Below, piece by piece: positions 1 to 8,789 of a stretch of 64,000 bases of DNA (position 1 is its first letter; the number at the start of each line of letters is the position of its first letter). The DNA comes from Edaphobacter sp. (GTDB lineage Bacteria; Acidobacteriota; Terriglobia; Terriglobales; Acidobacteriaceae), in NCBI GenBank assembly GCA_050012935.1, contig JBEKGF010000023.1, positions 4,554 through 68,553 on the forward strand, given 5' to 3'. The notes under the pieces are model-generated. The model ran no database searches and was not told the DNA's origin. It saw only the letters and a list, made by a program, of their open reading frames with translations. Made by a program: the position numbers and the translations under genes.

Positions 1-210
1 CCGTGTGCCCACGTGGTAACGATCAATCACGCCCCAGCCAAAATCCGGGCGAGGCCGCGCAAAAATCTCGAGCGACCTAGGAACAGTCTCAGCGGAAATT
101 GCATCTATTAGTCATCAAGATGCGCGCATACTGCCCCTCATCCACACAGCGAGTATTGAGGGAGTCGCCTCTGCCTTTTGCAGGACATGTGTGCAACCTA
201 ATTCGGCGAG

Positions 211-1092
211 GTGGCTGTTTTGATCTCAACACCCATTCGAAATCTCTCTCACGCTCAGGCAACATCCCGCATTCTTATCACCACATTCTCCCTCCTTCTG
301 GTTACATCGCCCTTCGCAACCGCTCAGGCAAATCTCACAAGTACTCCCGCCTCCGATGGGATCGCCGCCAATACACGCCTCGAACTCCCCGACGCACCCA
401 GCGCCTTACTAACCGGTTCGAGCAGCTCCGACGACGCTTCCGCCAACTCCGCCGAGTTCTCCTTCGGTCAAGATCCAGCCCAACCGGTACCCGTAGCCAG
501 GTCATCGCCAAGAGGTGCATTCCACATGCAGCTGGTGGTCGCGCCAAATGAAATTGCGAATCCGATGTCGGTGGGCGACAAGGTCGAGGACGGGTTCAAA
601 AGCTCCGTATCTCTCTTCGCCGCCCTCGGATGGATTACGACCGCCGGGTATGAGCAGGCAACGAACGGCAGGCCAAACTACGGAACCAATAGCACGGCCT
701 TCGGTAAGCGATTCGGTGCAGTCGTCGCCCACGGCGTCTCCAATGGCGTCTTCAGCAACTCCTTCTTCGCTCCCATATTCCACGAAGACCCTCGCTACTA
801 CATCATGGGTCCAGGCCACTCCTTCTTCAAGCGGATCATCTACGCAGGCACCCGCTCCATCATCTCCCGCACCGACAGCGGAAAAACCATCCCTAACTTC
901 TCCCTGATCGCCGGCGACGCCGCAGGTGCCGCCCTCACAATCGTCTATTACCCCAGCATCAATACCACCACCACAGAGGTCCTCTCCAGCCTCGGCACCT
1001 CCCTTGGCGGCTCCGCCTTCGGTTATGTCGTCGATGAGTTCCTCGTCGACGCCCTGATCGACCTTCACCTCAAAAAGAAGCAGCAACCGTAG
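211..1092 (+). CDS. Uncharacterised acidobacterial exported/membrane protein, paralog 1 of 3 (H[EQ]D[PN]RY family)
   Basis: Signal-peptide-like N-terminus and LPDAPS linker. C-terminal domain has HEDPRYY...RxxYAxxRxIIxRxDxG...PNFS...YYP, shared with the two downstream ORFs. Confidence 0.75.
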   Translation: MAVLISTPIRNLSHAQATSRILITTFSLLLVTSPFATAQANLTSTPASDGIAANTRLELPDAPSALLTGSSSSDDASANSAEFSFGQDPAQPVPVARSSPRGAFHMQLVVAPNEIANPMSVGDKVEDGFKSSVSLFAALGWITTAGYEQATNGRPNYGTNSTAFGKRFGAVVAHGVSNGVFSNSFFAPIFHEDPRYYIMGPGHSFFKRIIYAGTRSIISRTDSGKTIPNFSLIAGDAAGAALTIVYYPSINTTTTEVLSSLGTSLGGSAFGYVVDEFLVDALIDLHLKKKQQP

Positions 1093-1326
1093 CCTCCTCA
1101 TGGACTATATGGACGATGAAGGTAAAGCGAGAGGGGATCGCAGCTGCAGTTCCGCGCGCCTCCGAAAGGTTTGCTGCTCCGGCAAGGGCGCATTGTGACG
1201 ACGCCTAAACTAAATCTCATCGAAAACTGTCACAATTTATTCGCGCCTGCCCTGAATCAATCGGCGCTCTCGAGGAGTCTACTGATAATGCGAAGCCGTC
1301 ACGCCCTGTGGCGCAATCGATCACTT

Positions 1327-2169
1327 ATGTCTAAATTTTTCCCCAGCCACTTTGCCTGTCTTCTTCTGGCTTCATGCTCCGTTTACGGTATCGCCCAGGC
1401 GCAGCAAACACCTCAGGAGCCCTTACCCGACTCACCCGGCGCCATTCTCGCCAGCAACACTCACCGCGCCTCAGCGGATGAAACCTCCTCATCGAACGAC
1501 GCTCCAGACGAACTGCCTTCGCTCCCGCAAAGCGACCCGCCCTCATCACCCAGTGGTCAGTCAGCGAGCGATCAGTCAGCCACGCAAACCAGACGCATCC
1601 TCGGCATCATTCCAAACTTCCGCGCCGTCAGCGCCAACACTCAGCTTCCTCCACAATCGCCCAAGGAAAAGCTCCTCACCGCCACCCAGGACTCCTTCGA
1701 TTACTCCGCCCTCTTTCTGCCCGCCGTCCTCGCAGCCTATGGCCAGGCCACCAACCAAACTCCGCAGTTCCGCCAAGGCGCTGCCGGATTTGCCCGCTAC
1801 TACTGGCACAGCTATGTCGATCAAGCAATCGAGAACTACATGGTCGAAGCCATCGGCCCCATAATCACGCATCAGGATAACCGCTACTACACTTTGGGCC
1901 AGGGCGGCTTTTTCAAGCGCACCGGCTACGCTCTCAGCCGCGCCGTTATCACCAGAAACGATGCCGGAAACAATACCTTCAATTCGAGTGAAGTCATCGG
2001 CGCCGCCGCTGCCGCTGGCATCTCGAATCTCTACTATCCGTCACAGCAGCGCACCCTTTCCAACACACTCTCAAAGTGGGGTATCAACGTTGGCGTCGAC
2101 GCGGGCACCTTCGTCTTCAAGGAATTCTGGCCCGACATCAACAACGCCCTCTTCCATATAAAGGACTAG
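1327..2169 (+). CDS. Uncharacterised exported/membrane protein, paralog 2 of 3
   Basis: ATG at 1327 (MSKFFPS) gives a signal peptide. Contains LPDSPG, HQDNRYY, RAVITRNDAG and ISNLYYP motifs. Confidence 0.75.
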   Translation: MSKFFPSHFACLLLASCSVYGIAQAQQTPQEPLPDSPGAILASNTHRASADETSSSNDAPDELPSLPQSDPPSSPSGQSASDQSATQTRRILGIIPNFRAVSANTQLPPQSPKEKLLTATQDSFDYSALFLPAVLAAYGQATNQTPQFRQGAAGFARYYWHSYVDQAIENYMVEAIGPIITHQDNRYYTLGQGGFFKRTGYALSRAVITRNDAGNNTFNSSEVIGAAAAAGISNLYYPSQQRTLSNTLSKWGINVGVDAGTFVFKEFWPDINNALFHIKD

Positions 2170-2221
2170 AGGCATTCGCTGCCCTCCGCGTACTATGGAA
2201 CATACGCGAGAGGGCCTTCGC

Positions 2222-3130
2222 ATGCGCCGGTTGCTGACAACGGGGCTATTGCTGTCTGCAATCGCGGCATCAGCGCAAACGCGACCGCCATCAGTTCCCG
2301 AAACCCCAGCCCACCTCCCAGGCATCACCTCGGCCGATCTTCCCGACGCGCCCGATCCAACCCAGTCAAAACAGGATGATGTCGTCACTATCGCCCAAGC
2401 GTCCTTCAAAGTAACCAGCGATGGCGTTCGTCCCTGCAATGTGTTCAGAGCCATGAAGGTGGTCTACTTCGACCCCAACCGTTACGATCAGATCCCCAAG
2501 CCCTGCACCGAACTCATCTATCCCTACCAGCGCTTTCTCACCAGCAACGTAATCATCCCGCTGACTTGGCAGCAAAAGGGCTACATTGCGCTCCACGACC
2601 TCACCGATCCCGCGAACTTCGGCACCATCCTCGGCATCTCCGCCATCACCATCGGGGCCAACTCCCATACCGCATACGGTCCCGGCCTCAAAGGCTTCGG
2701 CAAGATCGTCGGCGTCAGCCTCCTGCAGGACGCGACCGGCCAGTTCTTCGGGGCCTTCGCCATCCCCGTTATCGCGCATCAGGACCCGCGCTACTTCCGC
2801 ATGCCTCACGCCCGGCTGACCAAGCGGATCATCTACTGCGTCTCCCGCACCGTCATCTCGCGTAGCGACACCGGCAAATCGATCCCCAACTACGCCACGT
2901 TGCTGACCTATCCCATCACCGCCGAGATCGACAATCTCTACGTCCCCGGCATTCACCCCGATGGTGCTTCCACCACTGCCCGCATCTTCACCGGCTATGC
3001 TCTCGATCCCGCCAACAACCTTCTCAATGAGTTCCTCCCCGACGTCGCCAGCCGCGTCCACGTGCGCATCATCTTCGTCCAGCGAATCCTTAACAACATC
3101 GCAAGCAACAGCACTGCAGGATTGCCCTGA
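2222..3130 (+). CDS. Uncharacterised exported/membrane protein, paralog 3 of 3
   Basis: MRRLLTTGLLL signal peptide, then LPDAPD, HQDPRYF, RTVISRSDTG and PNYA motifs. Confidence 0.75.
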   Translation: MRRLLTTGLLLSAIAASAQTRPPSVPETPAHLPGITSADLPDAPDPTQSKQDDVVTIAQASFKVTSDGVRPCNVFRAMKVVYFDPNRYDQIPKPCTELIYPYQRFLTSNVIIPLTWQQKGYIALHDLTDPANFGTILGISAITIGANSHTAYGPGLKGFGKIVGVSLLQDATGQFFGAFAIPVIAHQDPRYFRMPHARLTKRIIYCVSRTVISRSDTGKSIPNYATLLTYPITAEIDNLYVPGIHPDGASTTARIFTGYALDPANNLLNEFLPDVASRVHVRIIFVQRILNNIASNSTAGLP

Positions 3131-3353
3131 CCGGGATTCCACTACCCCATCCAAACCCTATCCTTACCATTCAATGCAAAATCCCGCCGTTCGATTCCCA
3201 TAGCTTCGACATGGCCTCGTATGTGCGTACTCTTATCTAGGTAACCCCAAGGGAAAACCACGCCGCATCTTCTTAGATAGAAATCAGATAGCTTTGCATC
3301 GAAATGTATCTTTCAAAGCATATCCAGCGTCGAATCGATCAGGAGAAAGATTA

Positions 3354-5447
3354 ATGCCGAAGGCCAAATTGTTCGAGAAGTCTCTTACCTACGGAGCCAA
3401 AGCAGGCTGGGCAATCTTCAGCAGACTGAATGCCATCAGCCCCAACAAGAGCTTCACTCCCAAGTGGAGCGACAAGCCCCTGCTCAAGAGCTACCAGAAA
3501 GAGAAGCCGCCTCTCGGCTGGCCCCGCACCACAGACTCTCTCTGCCCCAAGTGCATCCCTGAGATCCGCCAGCAGATCGTCGACGGCAAACTCCCCCACG
3601 AAATCCTCCTCAACGAAAAAGTCGGCGAGATCAAAGCGCAGATCATCGAGCGCGACGGCAAGATCCTCATGGTCAAGGACTGCCCCATCCACGGCCACTT
3701 CGAGGACGTCATGTCCATCGACCCCGTCATGATGAAGCATCTCGAAGACGTCTTCCCCGGCCGCGACATCCGTGCCCACAACGACGACAAGCTCCACAAT
3801 CACGGCACCTCTACCGTCACCCACGGCCGCGGCTCGGTTCTCACCATCGACCTCACCAACCGCTGCAACATGATGTGCGATCCCTGCTTCATGGACGCCA
3901 ACCAGGTCGGCTTCGTCCACGAACTCACCTGGGACGAGATCAAGACCATGCTCGACAACGCCATCACCATCAAGCCGCGTCGTCAGATGAGCGTCCAGTT
4001 CTCAGGGGGCGAGCCCACTCTCTCGCCTTACTTCCTCGACGCCGTCGCCTACGCCCGCAAGCTCGGCTACGAGTCCGTGCAGGCCGCGACCAACGGCATC
4101 GAGTTCGCCAAGTCCAAGGAGTTCTCGAAGGCAGCCGCTGAAGCCGGTCTCCGCTACGCCTACCTCCAGTTCGACGGCATCGGCAACGCCGCCAACTCGC
4201 ACCGCAAGGTCGGCAACGCCTTCGACGTAAAACTTCAGGCCATCCATAACCTGCACGAGGCCGGCGTCGACATCGTCCCCGTCACCACCATCATCAACGG
4301 CATTAACAACGAGCAGGTCGGCCACATCATCCAGTTCGCGCTCGACAACCCAAAGAAGATCAACTTCCTCAGCTTCCAGCCCGTCTCCTTCACTGGCCGC
4401 GACGAAGAGGTCTCCGACGAGCGCCGCGCCGCACAGCGCTACACCCTCTCGCACCTCGCCCACGACGTCAAAAACCAGACCGGCATCGGCGAGCCCGTCC
4501 GCGACTGGTTCCCCATCAGCTTCATCAGCACCTTCTCCGACTTCGCCGACCTCGTCCACGGACCCGATCGCGACTGGGGCCAGATCTCCTGCGGCTGCCA
4601 CCCCAACTGCGGCATCGGCACCGCGATCATGATCGACAAGGAGACCAAGGAAGCCGTTCCCGTCACCGCGTTCCTCGACGCCGTCCAGCTTGCCAAGGAC
4701 GTCGCCAAGGTCAATGACGCGGCTCGCGGCAAGACCCTCTCGCTCATCGGCATGACGCTCGCCCTTCTCAAGAACTACGACCCATCCAAGGCCCCGACGC
4801 ACATGAAGATGAAGGACCTGTTGATGAAGTTCGACAAGTTCTCCGGAGCCACCAAGCGCAACTACGGCTCCGTCAAGGCCGACCGCACCAAGGCCGACAT
4901 CGACAAGCGCCGCGCCGACCGCTGGAACTTCCTCTTCATCGCCGGCATGTGGTTCCAGGATCTCTTCAACTACGACTTCCGCCGCACCGAGCAGTGCATC
5001 ATCCCCTACGCCACACAAGAGGGTGAGATCAGCTTCTGCGCCTACAACACAGGCGTAGGCTGGCGCAACATCATCGAGAAGATGCACATGACCTCCACCC
5101 TCACCAAGTGGTACGAGGAGCACGGTCGTCACGAGATCTTCGCCGGTGGCAAGAAGGTTGGTCTCGAGAAGGAAGCGACCTACGACCTCGTCCTCAACGA
5201 GGCCCACGTCAACGCCGCCGCCAACGACACCTTCGACAAGTCCGGCATCGCGAAGAACTCTCGCGAAGAAAAGATCCGCGCACGCGACGCCAAGATCAAG
5301 CAGGACGCCGAAAACGCCCGCATGGCCAAGCTCTACCGCAAGGAGATCCTCCAGGAGCCCGACGCCCCCGCCGGCTTCATCTCCCTAGGAGACATCAAGC
5401 CAGCCCCAGCGAAGGTCGAATCGGAAGAAACCGTCGCCGGCGATTGA
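3354..5447 (+). CDS. Radical SAM enzyme of the MJ0619 / tetraether lipid synthase (Tes, GDGT-MAS) family
   Basis: CxxxCxxC motif (RCNMMCDPC), N-terminal SLCPKC...CPIHG metal site, FSGGEPT, YLQFDG, CGCHPNCG and CIIPY...SFCAYN. AGGAG SD upstream of ATG 3354. Confidence 0.85.
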   Translation: MPKAKLFEKSLTYGAKAGWAIFSRLNAISPNKSFTPKWSDKPLLKSYQKEKPPLGWPRTTDSLCPKCIPEIRQQIVDGKLPHEILLNEKVGEIKAQIIERDGKILMVKDCPIHGHFEDVMSIDPVMMKHLEDVFPGRDIRAHNDDKLHNHGTSTVTHGRGSVLTIDLTNRCNMMCDPCFMDANQVGFVHELTWDEIKTMLDNAITIKPRRQMSVQFSGGEPTLSPYFLDAVAYARKLGYESVQAATNGIEFAKSKEFSKAAAEAGLRYAYLQFDGIGNAANSHRKVGNAFDVKLQAIHNLHEAGVDIVPVTTIINGINNEQVGHIIQFALDNPKKINFLSFQPVSFTGRDEEVSDERRAAQRYTLSHLAHDVKNQTGIGEPVRDWFPISFISTFSDFADLVHGPDRDWGQISCGCHPNCGIGTAIMIDKETKEAVPVTAFLDAVQLAKDVAKVNDAARGKTLSLIGMTLALLKNYDPSKAPTHMKMKDLLMKFDKFSGATKRNYGSVKADRTKADIDKRRADRWNFLFIAGMWFQDLFNYDFRRTEQCIIPYATQEGEISFCAYNTGVGWRNIIEKMHMTSTLTKWYEEHGRHEIFAGGKKVGLEKEATYDLVLNEAHVNAAANDTFDKSGIAKNSREEKIRARDAKIKQDAENARMAKLYRKEILQEPDAPAGFISLGDIKPAPAKVESEETVAGD

Positions 5448-5461
5448 TTGTCAAAATATAT

Positions 5462-5497
5462 AAAGAAAGCCTCCCAGAATCTGGGAGGCTTTCTTTT
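5462..5497. terminator. Bidirectional intrinsic terminator
   Basis: AAAGAAAGCCTCCCAG-aat-CTGGGAGGCTTTCTTT perfect stem with A and T tracts, between convergent genes. Confidence 0.9.
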
Positions 5498-5512
5498 GGC
5501 GTCAGCTTGCAC

Positions 5513-5863
5513 TTATGGGAGCTGGTCATCTCGTAATATTGTGCGTGAATCATTCTTGTAAACCTCTTTAAATCGATTCCAAGGTGTCGTTTCAAGCATC
5601 TGACCGTCAACTACGAGTTTTACGAACCCCACTTCTGTAGCAACCAAATCTTCGGAGGTACGCAGTTGCAGCGTACGAGTGTCAGGGATGTCGGCTGATC
5701 GTTTATCTCGCGCCGAAAACTCCAAGAAGTAGTCGATTCCATCTATCATCACTGTTGTGGGCGACGTGGCCCCTACCACCTTGGACCTACACTTTGTACA
5801 CACCCACGTTGCCTGTGGCGTGTGAACCTCATACCCTTCCCAATTTAGATCTTTGGCTTGCAT
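5513..5863 (-). CDS. Hypothetical protein (116 aa, CxxC motif)
   Basis: Open ORF with AGAGAG upstream and WVCTKC motif. Visibly more AT-rich than its neighbours. Confidence 0.5.
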   Translation of the reverse strand: MQAKDLNWEGYEVHTPQATWVCTKCRSKVVGATSPTTVMIDGIDYFLEFSARDKRSADIPDTRTLQLRTSEDLVATEVGFVKLVVDGQMLETTPWNRFKEVYKNDSRTILRDDQLP

Positions 5864-5945
5864 ACGTTCTCTTTCCTCGTGAAATAAACTTCTGTAAACA
5901 CCAATATTTTAGGCTCTGAGGTAGATATAGAGCTAGGATGATTAC

Positions 5946-5987
5946 AGGTGGCCCATTCATCCCGCGTAGTTTGCGTGACAAATGAGA
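5946..5987 (+). repeat. REP-like palindrome, family A (degenerate)
   Basis: GGTGGCCCATTCATC...GACAAATGAGA resembles copies at 31333, 32111 and 36924. Confidence 0.5.
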
Positions 5988-5994
5988 TATAAAT

Positions 5995-6408
5995 CTAAAA
6001 CTCCACCAACTCCACACCCAGCCGCTCAAAATGCTTCCGGTTCAACGTAGCGACCACCATTCCATTAGCTGCGGCGGTCGCCGCGATCAGGACATCCATC
6101 GCATTGGGGTTGTGCCCATTTTTCTTAGCTCGTGCCATCAGGCTTCCGTAATGCCTCGCAACTTCGAGACTAAAACCCACCACACGGTTGAAGAACTGCA
6201 TATAGAGGTCCTCCTCGATCCAGTTCTCAAACTTCGTCCGTCTCTTGCCCGCAGGAAGAAGGTTAACGCCGTACCAAAGCTCGGCATAGGTGACAAAAGA
6301 GATGTAGAGATCGCTGTCATCTGTGCGCTGCACCCAGGCATCAACACGAGGGTCCGGAGGCAGCTTGGTGTATTGCGACACCACATCGGTATCGAGCAGG
6401 TACTTCAC
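5995..6408 (-). CDS. vapC: VapC-family PIN-domain toxin
   Basis: YLLDTDVVS, YAELWYG and MDVLIAATA PIN acidic motif residues. Overlaps the antitoxin stop by 4 bp. Confidence 0.92.
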   Translation of the reverse strand: MKYLLDTDVVSQYTKLPPDPRVDAWVQRTDDSDLYISFVTYAELWYGVNLLPAGKRRTKFENWIEEDLYMQFFNRVVGFSLEVARHYGSLMARAKKNGHNPNAMDVLIAATAAANGMVVATLNRKHFERLGVELVEF

Positions 6409-6665
6409 AACTCAACCTTCCTGGCTTTTGTGCGAGACCGCCGCAGATCAAGACCGGAGCCCGCCAGTGGCGAGTTCTTAAAGAAGTCGGACATCGTTCG
6501 AGCGTTCTGCGCGGGTGTGTGCTTTGCCTTTCCCCATTCCTCAGGAGACACAAGAACACCAACGAGTTTGCCATTGCGCGTAATCTCCTGCGCACCGTCC
6601 GCACGCGCGGTCTCAATCAACTCGCTGAACTTTGCCTTTGCCTCCGCCACTGCCCAAGTCGCCAT
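6405..6665 (-). CDS. Phd/YefM-family antitoxin
   Basis: WAVAEAKAKFSELIETA...EITRNGKLVGVLV Phd signature; GGAGG SD; directly upstream of vapC. Confidence 0.92.
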   Translation of the reverse strand: MATWAVAEAKAKFSELIETARADGAQEITRNGKLVGVLVSPEEWGKAKHTPAQNARTMSDFFKNSPLAGSGLDLRRSRTKARKVEL

Positions 6666-6679
6666 CTCGCACCTCCGCT

Positions 6680-6732
6680 ATGACCATTCTAGTCAAAATG
6701 ACCATTCTAGTCAAAATGACCATTCTAGTCAT
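6680..6732 (-). promoter_or_regulatory. Three tandem 18-bp operators (TGAC-N7-GTCA) that also form a sigma70 promoter TTGACT-N17-TAGAAT
   Basis: ATGACCATTCTAGTCAAA x3 at 6680, 6698 and 6716. On the minus strand, -35 is at 6709-6714 and -10 at 6686-6691, 17 bp apart. Confidence 0.8.
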
Positions 6733-6741
6733 CCAGTCACG

Positions 6742-7533
6742 TCAATCATTTGAAATCGAAGACCCATTCGACGCAGCCATCGCCGCGAGCATAAAAGCAA
6801 TCCCGCTAAATGCCAGCGCTTCGAACACGCTCGTCCATTCACTCCCCAATCCGCTATGGGGATCGGCAACGGCTCTGGGAATGTGCAGTATCAGGAACCA
6901 CAGAAAGATCATGATTCCCACCATCAACGACGCCAGCCGCGCGGTGAACCTCACCAACATCCCCACTCCGCCGGCAATCAAGGCCACACCCGCAAAGTAA
7001 GTCCAGAACCGGTGACCCGGAATCCACGCCGGCACCATCGTCGCCACGAAAGCGGTATAGAGAAAGTGATCGATTCCGAAGACGATCAGCATGATTGCGA
7101 AGAAGAATCGACCGGCACGCAGAATCCGCTCAAGAGAACCCGGCAGCTTGAGTGCTCCATCTCCAATCGAAATAGCGGTAATCCACGCTCCTCCGGCCAG
7201 TGTCAGCGCCGTGAGCGCATCGGCCCACGACACAAGATTTGCCGGATGCCCCATCAACTGTCGCGGGATATGCGCAGCGATCACAAGGACCACAAGCGCC
7301 ACGCCTGCTACCACCGCAACAGCCCGTCCCTTGATGTCAAAGAGCATCGCAACGCCCGCGCAGACCAGCGCCGCACCAACCACACACGCCCAGAACGGCC
7401 TGCCGGGCATCCACGCCGGCCACAACGCCACGATAACCGGAATGAAATCATGGAAGAGGAAGTGTTGTACGCCGATACCGATCAGGCCCACGGCATAGAA
7501 GATACGTCCCACAGGAAGAAGCCACTTCGGCAT
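6742..7533 (-). CDS. DoxX-like integral membrane protein (two internal repeats)
   Basis: Hydrophobic helices with duplicated GRxFxAxxLIxxGxxHF...P.W.PG..FW segments. Start at 7533 chosen as the first in-frame ATG. Confidence 0.75.
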   Translation of the reverse strand: MPKWLLPVGRIFYAVGLIGIGVQHFLFHDFIPVIVALWPAWMPGRPFWACVVGAALVCAGVAMLFDIKGRAVAVVAGVALVVLVIAAHIPRQLMGHPANLVSWADALTALTLAGGAWITAISIGDGALKLPGSLERILRAGRFFFAIMLIVFGIDHFLYTAFVATMVPAWIPGHRFWTYFAGVALIAGGVGMLVRFTARLASLMVGIMIFLWFLILHIPRAVADPHSGLGSEWTSVFEALAFSGIAFMLAAMAASNGSSISND

Positions 7534-7709
7534 GCGCAGAAGTCTAGCCCATCGGTGTTCGATTAGGCCATCTATCAAAGTCCATGGGCTCCTGTCCCGG
7601 CCTCAAACTCCGCGTCGCACCCTCGATCCCTTTTCCAACCCTCCCCGTCAGTGATCGGGCAGACTTGACATACCACACTCCCGGAGAGAGCTATCAGAGA
7701 GCCAAAAGG

Positions 7710-7737
7710 AGAAGGACGCCGTTCAAGGCGTCCTTCT
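7710..7737 (-). terminator. Intrinsic terminator downstream of the DUF882 gene
   Basis: AGAAGGACGCC-gttcaa-GGCGTCCTTCT stem, with AAAA on the left side (T tract on the minus strand). Confidence 0.75.
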
Positions 7738-7817
7738 TTACGCGCATATTCTCACTCTAGTCCAAACGTAAAGTATCTGTTTCCAAGACTTTGCGCTATT
7801 AAAGGTAGGGTAGGGCC

Positions 7818-8591
7818 TTACTGACCTGCAACCGCGGGGTTGCGACTGGAATGAGCCCGCCTTGTCTGCGCGATGATCGCTCTCTTCTGCTTCGAGCCGA
7901 ATACCCACTCCCGAACCGGTCCCACATCGACATGCACAAACTGGCTCACCGGATAGTATCCAACCCCACCAGCCTGCAACGAAAGCGCAGCATCCCTCAA
8001 CTGCACGGTCGAAACCCCAGGCACTCGCAGATCGATCGCATGTCCTTCCATATGCTGGCTATGCTCGGCCACTCCAGTCTGTGGAGCGTTGTGCCGCAGC
8101 GCCGAATTCGTCTCCGGCGTTCTGTACCCGCACACCACATTGATCACGCTGTCCAATTTTCCCAGCCGCGCCATCATCGCATGCAGCACATCGAACTCTT
8201 TCGGATCATAGTTGCTGACATCCTGCGTATTATGGTCGCGCAAAAAGTAGTTCAGCTTCTCCAGCGCCTCCGGAACGTAAGTATTCCCGATCCGGTAGAC
8301 GATATCCAGGCTCTCGCCCGTATGCAGGTTGAACATTCTCAGCTGATACGGTTTCTGACCCTCAGGCACAGCCGTCGCGGCCCCATCTGCTGCAATCTCC
8401 TCCGGCATCACCCCAGGAACGACAGCTTCCCCCGCCATCACCATCGGATGCGTCTTCAAATGCATCGAGCTCTTAAGCTCCGCATGCACTCGCGTCTTGA
8501 CGGTCCTAGCCCACGACGATCCGCTAATTCCAAATACCACTACTCCCGTCGCCGCTACTGCCGCGAAACCTCTCAAGCTCAATAACCGCAT
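7818..8591 (-). CDS. YcbK/MepK-like (DUF882) peptidase M15A
   Basis: NLHTGESL, LNYFLRDH, GYRTP, HSQHMEGHAIDL and GGVGYYPVSQFVHVDVGPVREW. Confidence 0.9.
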   Translation of the reverse strand: MRLLSLRGFAAVAATGVVVFGISGSSWARTVKTRVHAELKSSMHLKTHPMVMAGEAVVPGVMPEEIAADGAATAVPEGQKPYQLRMFNLHTGESLDIVYRIGNTYVPEALEKLNYFLRDHNTQDVSNYDPKEFDVLHAMMARLGKLDSVINVVCGYRTPETNSALRHNAPQTGVAEHSQHMEGHAIDLRVPGVSTVQLRDAALSLQAGGVGYYPVSQFVHVDVGPVREWVFGSKQKRAIIAQTRRAHSSRNPAVAGQ

Positions 8592-8627
8592 CCAATCTCC
8601 CTGGCCCTTAGAATCCTTGCGAATAAC

Positions 8628-8643
8628 AATCCCATATGGGATT
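8628..8643. promoter_or_regulatory. Perfect 16-bp palindrome, candidate operator of the DUF882 gene
   Basis: AATCCCATATGGGATT, 37 bp upstream of the start at 8591. Confidence 0.5.
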
Positions 8644-8789
8644 TACCAATCGTCATTCGCTGATTAAAGTTTACTCATTTCATACCAAAACCAGCCCGGT
8701 GGGAATGTAACTTTAGTGTCACAGCAACTTCTCTTCCTTGAATCCCACAACCTAAACAACTGCTCTATCGTCACTTAGCTCGATCTGCT

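Noticed and set aside
1192-1236. ATTGTGAC...GTCACAAT inverted repeat upstream of paralog 2
   Set aside because: The arms are only 8 bp with a 29-nt spacer, which could arise by chance. There is no supporting second occurrence.
3354-5447. RiPP maturase interpretation of the radical SAM enzyme
   Set aside because: There is no short precursor ORF, RRE or typical SPASM cysteine pattern. The motifs fit the MJ0619/Tes family better.
6632-7000. ORF with MTILVK x3 repeats
   Set aside because: It is simply the translation of the 18-bp operator array on the non-coding strand, and it overlaps two real genes.
7665-7740. Small RNA between TTGACA (7665) and the hairpin at 7710
   Set aside because: There is no -10 at the right spacing, and the hairpin is adequately explained as the terminator of the DUF882 gene.
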